Positions 58,778 to 64,000 of a DNA stretch of 64,000 nt are shown piece by piece; the first letter of the stretch is position 1; every line of letters begins with the position of its first letter. The notes beneath the pieces are model-generated. The model was not told the DNA's origin, made no database searches, and was given only the letters and a program-made list of their open reading frames with translations. The DNA is taken from contig JAQBYG010000003.1 of the NCBI GenBank assembly GCA_027620445.1, positions 175-64,174 of the forward strand, given 5' to 3'. Source of the DNA: a bacterium. GTDB taxonomy: Bacteria > Patescibacteriota > Microgenomatia > UBA1400 > PJMF01. Made by a program: the position numbers and the translations under genes.

Positions 58778-60288
58778 ACACTTGAGGAATCTGTACGCAA
58801 CACAAACAGCTCCACTCCATTTGGTAACTCAATAATCTGACTGGGAGTTTTGTTGGGAAATACCACTAATTCATAGATCGGCAACGAAAGTGGGTCAGGT
58901 GCCACGCGCTCTTCGTTGATAATTATCAGTGTCTCAGCGGTGTGATGTAGTTCTGGTTCCAGCGGTTTTTTCTCAGGATTACTGCTCAAGAAATACCTGT
59001 AGTTCGTGCCATAAATGTCTCTAGTGGCAGAGAGAAGCATGATCTCATACTTCTCCCCTGGCTCAACGAGCTTGTGAATCTCGCTCGCAGTTTCAGCGAT
59101 CAAACTGATATTAAGACCGGCCGTTGCAAACGAGTACCTTGACCAATTACAAATCAGATAAGCCAACACTGTGGCGAGCACAACGAGCTTTGCAAAGACA
59201 CGCTTGCTCTCCCAGAGTTTGCCAAGTGCTATCCCGAAGACAACACAAGCAAAAGGGATAACAAATAAAATATAGTGATCAAATACTGAACTCGTGTAGA
59301 AACTAAGGCCAATAATCGCTGTACCAAGAAACAGCGCCAACAACTGCAAAGCTGCGCGCTGTCTTCCTCGCAATCGGTATAGTAGCCAGGCTACTACTAC
59401 AAGTACACCCCTAAGCAACCAAGTATTGAGCACACGATTTTCTCCGATCTGGGTCTCAAAAAAGATGTGCAGTGATCTCCCGTGTGTTTCGGATAAAATG
59501 CGCTGGGCACGTACCCACCAAGGTGCAGACTCGTTGAAACTATCGCTTTGGAATAACTCAGCCGCTCCCTGAATATTCAGACCCTCGTGCTTGATGTCAA
59601 ATAAAACCAGCGGCAGCATGCTCATCAATACAATACCAATAGCCACTCCAGACCAAAGAAAAAACGGCTTTCTCGCAGTTCTTTTGCGCCAGGCACGCCT
59701 AACTGCCAATATCCAAACAATTCCAACAACAGGTAGTACAAGCAAGGTGATGTAATGCAGTTGCAGTAAGATTGCAGTTGTGAGCGCTATCCATACCAGT
59801 TGTCGAGGAGAATTGTCTTGCCAAAACTTGAGCAGTGCAAAAAATAAGAGAATGCTAAAAATTGGCTCGATGTTTGGATTCCAACTAAAGCGTGACTGAC
59901 TGACAACAGAGCTAGAAAATGCAAAAAAAATACTGCTCAACAAAGCGACTTTTTCGCCAAACACTGCTTTCAACTCTCTATACAACAGAATAATTGCTGC
60001 AATACTCACGACGGCTACAGCCACCGCCGGACCAAGCGGACTTGGGTAACTCAAAAATAGCCAGGGGAGCATAAAATAGTAGTAAAACGGTCCGAGATAT
60101 AAGTTGCCTACACTCGTCACCGGACCAATAAACACCAAATCCCTCTCTAAAAACATCTTCGAGACCACAAGCGCGTCTCTGCCCTGATCGCCAAGAAACA
60201 TGAGGGTGCCAGACAGATTATAAAATCGGACAAAAATTGCGGCCAATAACAGCGCCACAAACAGCAACTTTGCAGGCGATATTCGCAT
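58774..60288 (-). CDS. Polytopic membrane protein, GT-C-like, family 3 (paralog of 10344)
   Basis: GDQGRDALVVSKMFLERDLVFIGPVTSVGNLYLGPFYYYFM, with about 12 TM segments. Confidence 0.5.
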   Translation of the reverse strand: MRISPAKLLFVALLLAAIFVRFYNLSGTLMFLGDQGRDALVVSKMFLERDLVFIGPVTSVGNLYLGPFYYYFMLPWLFLSYPSPLGPAVAVAVVSIAAIILLYRELKAVFGEKVALLSSIFFAFSSSVVSQSRFSWNPNIEPIFSILLFFALLKFWQDNSPRQLVWIALTTAILLQLHYITLLVLPVVGIVWILAVRRAWRKRTARKPFFLWSGVAIGIVLMSMLPLVLFDIKHEGLNIQGAAELFQSDSFNESAPWWVRAQRILSETHGRSLHIFFETQIGENRVLNTWLLRGVLVVVAWLLYRLRGRQRAALQLLALFLGTAIIGLSFYTSSVFDHYILFVIPFACVVFGIALGKLWESKRVFAKLVVLATVLAYLICNWSRYSFATAGLNISLIAETASEIHKLVEPGEKYEIMLLSATRDIYGTNYRYFLSSNPEKKPLEPELHHTAETLIIINEERVAPDPLSLPIYELVVFPNKTPSQIIELPNGVELFVLRTDSSSV

Positions 60289-60300
60289 ACCAAATCCTGG

Positions 60301-61491
60301 CTACTTCTTTTTCCAAATAAACTTGTTGTACGCGAAAAAGTTCCAGCCAATACCAAGTAAAATCCCAGTGACTGCAAAAATCAGGCCAGTCTCAACCACA
60401 AAATTGATAACTGGTACTGTAAAAAGCGGCTTGAGACCAATGGTCGCCTCTCCAATTGCAGCGAGCCCTAGTTGAATCAAAATAGAACCTACCGAAGTTA
60501 GATTGAACTGTAAAAACTTGAGTAACTTTTTGCCCTCCTCTAGCTTGCGATCTGCAAAGGTCCAACCGTTATTCAAAATGAAATTGACAATAATGGCACT
60601 CTCAATACTCAAAAACGAAGCAACAAAAAAAGTGGTAAAAAAACCGATGTCAAACGTTGGCAACAAAAACCTGTACAGCATTAGCGAGCTCAGCTGAACC
60701 GCAGCACCCGTCGCCCCAACAACTAAAAACTTAAACACACGCATCGCCATAATCTCTTGTAACCTCATGCGGAAAATAAACATAAGCGGTTTTACCAGAT
60801 ACTCTGACCCCATCTTTGACTCACCAGCGGTGCGGTCAATAAAGTGATATGCGATATTTGGATCAATCACAAAGTTTTTGCGCAGAGCGTAATACAGAAA
60901 ACCTATTTGAAAAGTATAGCCAGAAAACAATCCAGAGTGCAAAAGAGGGTGTACTGCCTCATACACCGGTTTAGTAATCGCACGGTAGCCCGACGTCCAG
61001 TCCCGAATTTTAAAATTGGCAAAAACAGCCGAGATGAGCAAGTTTGCGCCTACGCTCATAATTTTTCTGTGTAAACCCCAATTTTTTGGCATACTCCCAC
61101 CTGGGATATAGCGTGTCCCTAGTACCATCTCACTCCCGCCCTCAATACTCTTGAGAAATAAGGGAATTTTCTTTGGGTCATGTGAGAGGTCAGCGTCAAA
61201 CTCAAACACGACGTCTGCCTGCAGCTTGCCAAAAGCATGCGCCATTCCTGCCAAATATGCACCGCCCAAACCGCTTTTCTGTTGATTTAAAAGAAGCTCG
61301 ACGTTTGAGTGTTGCTTGTGTAGCTCACGGACAACTTCATACGTTTTATCAGGTGAAGTATCATCCACAACCAAAATACTCATTTTCCAACAGGAAACTG
61401 CAGTAAAAGCCTCGAGCACTGCTGCGACGGTTCGCTTGATATTCTCACGTTCGTTATAGGTTGGGATAATAACAACCGCAGTTTTAGACAT
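60301..61491 (-). CDS. GT2 Dpm1/GtrB-like polyprenyl-phosphate sugar synthase fused to a C-terminal GtrA-like 4-TM domain
   Basis: N-terminal VVIIPTYNEREN...VVDDTSPDKT...FDADLSHDP, and a C-terminal FLVVGATGAAVQLSSLMLYRFLL...NFILNNGWTF...IGWNFFAYNKFIWKKK typical of GtrA family membrane domains. Confidence 0.75.
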   Translation of the reverse strand: MSKTAVVIIPTYNERENIKRTVAAVLEAFTAVSCWKMSILVVDDTSPDKTYEVVRELHKQHSNVELLLNQQKSGLGGAYLAGMAHAFGKLQADVVFEFDADLSHDPKKIPLFLKSIEGGSEMVLGTRYIPGGSMPKNWGLHRKIMSVGANLLISAVFANFKIRDWTSGYRAITKPVYEAVHPLLHSGLFSGYTFQIGFLYYALRKNFVIDPNIAYHFIDRTAGESKMGSEYLVKPLMFIFRMRLQEIMAMRVFKFLVVGATGAAVQLSSLMLYRFLLPTFDIGFFTTFFVASFLSIESAIIVNFILNNGWTFADRKLEEGKKLLKFLQFNLTSVGSILIQLGLAAIGEATIGLKPLFTVPVINFVVETGLIFAVTGILLGIGWNFFAYNKFIWKKK

Positions 61492-61496
61492 ACACC

Positions 61497-62480
61497 CTAT
61501 TCACTTTCCTTTTCCAACTCTGCTTGCACCATAATCCTCACCAACTCATCAAATCGCACTTTTGGCTCCCAACCAAGTTTCTCTTTGGCCTTGGTTGCGT
61601 CACCAATCAGCAAGTCAACTTCTGCTGGTCGATCGTAAGCAGAATTGTGCTTGTAGACAGCTTCCCAGTCTGGCAAACCTGCTTCTGCACAAGCGGCCAT
61701 CAAAAACTCCTTGACCGAGTGTGTTTCCCCTGTAGCAATGACATAATCCTCTGCTCGATCTTGTTGGAGCATCAACCACATGGCTTCAACATAGTCTTTG
61801 GCGTATCCCCAGTCGCGCTTAGAGTCTAAGTTCCCAAGCTCGACATGCGTCTGTTTGCCCAACTTGACCCGAGCAACAGCATTGGCAATTTTTCTAGTCA
61901 CAAACTCTAGCCCACGGCGAGGTGACTCGTGATTAAACAAAATGCCAGAACACGCGAATAAGTCGTACGACTCTCGATAATTGACCGTAATCCAGTGTCC
62001 ATAGACTTTCGCCACGCCGTAGGGAGAGCGAGGGTAAAATGGAGTTTCTTCTGTTTGCGGCACGCTCTGTACTTTGCCAAACATTTCACTCGAACTAGCT
62101 TGGTAAAATTTTGCTTGTGGGCATGCAAGTCGCACGGCCTCAAGGATGCGGACAACCCCAATAGCTGTGAACTCTCCGGTAAGAACGGGCTGATCCCAAC
62201 TTGTTTGTACAAATGACTGCGCTGCTAAGTTATACACCTCATCCGGCTGAATCTTTTGTAAGGGATAGGTAAGGGAGTTTTGGTCGATCAAATCACCGCT
62301 AATGAGCTCCAGGTTCTCGTTGTGCATCAGATGATCAATACGAGCAAAATTTTGCGTGCTGGTGCGGCGAGTTAGACCGTAGACCTTATAACCTTTGTCG
62401 AGCAAAAGCTCGGCAAGGTATGAGCCGTCCTGGCCAGTAACTCCTGTTATAAAGGCTTTTTTCATGGGATTGATCTCCAA
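61497..62480 (-). CDS. gmd: GDP-mannose 4,6-dehydratase
   Basis: [45 protein letters not shown] and the overall pattern of Gmd. 327 aa. Confidence 0.85.
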   Translation of the reverse strand: MEINPMKKAFITGVTGQDGSYLAELLLDKGYKVYGLTRRTSTQNFARIDHLMHNENLELISGDLIDQNSLTYPLQKIQPDEVYNLAAQSFVQTSWDQPVLTGEFTAIGVVRILEAVRLACPQAKFYQASSSEMFGKVQSVPQTEETPFYPRSPYGVAKVYGHWITVNYRESYDLFACSGILFNHESPRRGLEFVTRKIANAVARVKLGKQTHVELGNLDSKRDWGYAKDYVEAMWLMLQQDRAEDYVIATGETHSVKEFLMAACAEAGLPDWEAVYKHNSAYDRPAEVDLLIGDATKAKEKLGWEPKVRFDELVRIMVQAELEKESE

Positions 62481-63424
62481 TACTCAATTATACGTTGTAC
62501 TGTCTCGCGCAAGGAAATTTCTGGTCGCCAACCCAAGGCTGTAATCTTACTAATATCAGCTCTGAGTTCTGCAATATCAGCTGGACGCATTCTGGCTTGG
62601 TCGACCTCAATTGGTACTTCTACTGTTGCAAGCTGTATCAGCTCATCAACAACTGTCTGCATTGCAACACCTACGCCTGATCCAATGTTGTACACCTCGC
62701 CCACAACACCATGCTGCATGACTGTTGTGTAGGCACGGACCACGTCTTTGACATCGAGAATGTCGCGAATTGCAGCCAGATTACCAACTCGCAAAGCTGG
62801 TAGCTCACCACGTTCGACTTTCACTACTTGCTCCGCAAATGCTGGTATCGCAAAGGCAGTCGTCTGACGCTCTCCTGTGTGATTAAAGGGTCGGACGCGA
62901 AGAATCTGCAGGCCGTAACTTTCTGCGTACGCATACGCAAGCAAGTCTTGGGCAACTTTGGAGACGGCATACGGGTTGAGCGGTCGAAATGGCTGATCTT
63001 CTGTGATTGGTAACTCGCTCGGCGCAACTTTGCCATACTCGAGGGCTGAGCCCACAATCAAAATTCGCGCAGACGGCACAACTGTTTGGAGCGCTGTTAA
63101 AACAGACAGTTGCAGCTGCATGTTGACCGAAGTGATCTTTGCCGCTTGCTCGAAACTACTGCCAACCTCCGCCATTGCGGCTAGGTGATAAATCTCAGAA
63201 GGGCGAACCTCAGAAAAAAGAGCCTTTGTCTGCTCCAAGTTTGCGAGGTCTAACTCATGTATTACTACCGTATTCCCAACTCCTTCAGGTAGAGCCTCTG
63301 CGCCTTTTTTTAGAGTTGTGACATGGATTGTTGCGTCTGGCTCAGTTTTGAGCAAGTGTTCTGCCAAGTGTGAGCCAGCAAAGCCTGTTCCACCGGTGAT
63401 GAGAATGTGTTTAGAATCTGACAC
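62462..63424 (-). CDS. GDP-4-dehydro-6-deoxy-D-mannose reductase-like SDR (Rmd-like; GDP-D-rhamnose branch)
   Basis: [40 protein letters not shown], and a C-terminal GEVYNIGSG...RMRPADI...LGWRP follow the Rmd pattern rather than Fcl. Confidence 0.6.
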   Translation of the reverse strand: MSDSKHILITGGTGFAGSHLAEHLLKTEPDATIHVTTLKKGAEALPEGVGNTVVIHELDLANLEQTKALFSEVRPSEIYHLAAMAEVGSSFEQAAKITSVNMQLQLSVLTALQTVVPSARILIVGSALEYGKVAPSELPITEDQPFRPLNPYAVSKVAQDLLAYAYAESYGLQILRVRPFNHTGERQTTAFAIPAFAEQVVKVERGELPALRVGNLAAIRDILDVKDVVRAYTTVMQHGVVGEVYNIGSGVGVAMQTVVDELIQLATVEVPIEVDQARMRPADIAELRADISKITALGWRPEISLRETVQRIIEYWRSIP

Positions 63425-64000
63425 TATGGCTGTCTCCGTGCGATACCTGCATAGACATACCCATGAGCGGTTAAAATTGTCGGCTCAAATTGGTTGCGAG
63501 CGTCAAGAAAAAACTGCTTCCTCTCCAGTTTCGTTTTACCAAAATCGAAGGTCAAAAACTCTGGCCACTCGATCAAAACGAGCACAACATCTGCGGCCGC
63601 CACAGCCTCTTCAGGTGAAGTGGCAAACTGCAAACCTGGCTGTTCACCGAGGATTTTGCTAATTTGAGCTGTCGCTTTTGGATCATAACCAACTACCTCC
63701 GCTCCGTGCTGCAGTAACCACGGAATAACCTGCAAACTAGGAGCGTCTCTGGTGTCATCAGTGTTTGGTTTGAATGAGAGGCCCAAAACCGCAACAGCTT
63801 TATCGCCCCACGACCCAACCACTTCTGTCCAACGCGAAAAAACTCGCTCCACTCTTGATTCATTGAGCTCTGACAACAGTGAAAAAATATTTGGCAACTC
63901 ATCCTGCGATTTGGCAAAGTGAGCCAACTCTCGCACATCCTTGGGGAAACAAGAGCCACCGTATCCCAAACCTGGATACCAATAGTGTTTGCCGATTCTC
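63424..64000 (-). CDS. UDP-glucose/GDP-mannose dehydrogenase family, C-terminal part (N-terminus beyond window end)
   Basis: GYGGSCFPKD catalytic-cysteine motif. The reading frame stays open to position 64000 (..GKHYWYPGLGYGG), so the gene continues off-window. Confidence 0.7.
   Translation of the reverse strand, partial: RIGKHYWYPGLGYGGSCFPKDVRELAHFAKSQDELPNIFSLLSELNESRVERVFSRWTEVVGSWGDKAVAVLGLSFKPNTDDTRDAPSLQVIPWLLQHGAEVVGYDPKATAQISKILGEQPGLQFATSPEEAVAAADVVLVLIEWPEFLTFDFGKTKLERKQFFLDARNQFEPTILTAHGYVYAGIARRQP

Noticed and set aside
1-64000. Checked for a CRISPR array, rRNA genes, transposases or integrases
   Set aside because: No regularly spaced direct repeats, no rRNA-like conserved stretches, and no ORF with a recognisable DDE transposase or tyrosine/serine recombinase motif were seen. 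The tRNA at 54419-54489 is not flanked by an obvious integrase.

Overview
The window is a 64 kb stretch with compact gene packing, many 4-nt ATGA/GTGA start-stop overlaps and GC near the mid 40s. Its gene content (many GT-C membrane enzymes, a reduced housekeeping set, dnaX-ybaB, trmD, gltX, ybeY) fits a small-genome bacterium, possibly a CPR/Patescibacteria-like lineage, but that is inference only. About two thirds of the window (925-36281 and 55176-64000) is one very large cell-surface glycosylation region. It holds 19 large polytopic membrane proteins in at least three paralog families. Nine are ArnT/PMT-like GT-C enzymes sharing a D-E first-loop motif, and eight of those sit in four tandem, translationally coupled pairs. 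The region also carries four Dpm1/GtrB-like polyprenyl-phosphate sugar synthases (one fused to a GtrA-like domain), nine soluble GT2/GT4 glycosyltransferases, a Wzx-type flippase, an LCP ligase, and nucleotide-sugar genes: rfbB-rfbC-rfbD, gmd plus an rmd-like reductase, a UDP-sugar dehydrogenase and a UDP-hexose epimerase. Between the two glyco blocks lies a housekeeping segment: trmD, gltX, ybeY, dnaX, ybaB, rdgB, an M29 aminopeptidase, an alpha-glucan phosphorylase and a CPA2 antiporter. That segment also holds a tight three-gene operon (VanX-like D,D-dipeptidase, Ddl-family ligase, Asp/Glu-type racemase), with a near-consensus sigma70-like promoter reading antisense into it. A tRNA (anticodon CTG) and a phospho-acceptor-degenerate OmpR-type regulator follow. 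The left edge carries an AbiEi/AbiEii toxin-antitoxin pair. No rRNA, CRISPR array, transposase or integrase was recognised. Every functional call is a family-level inference from motifs I read in the translations, with no database search run.
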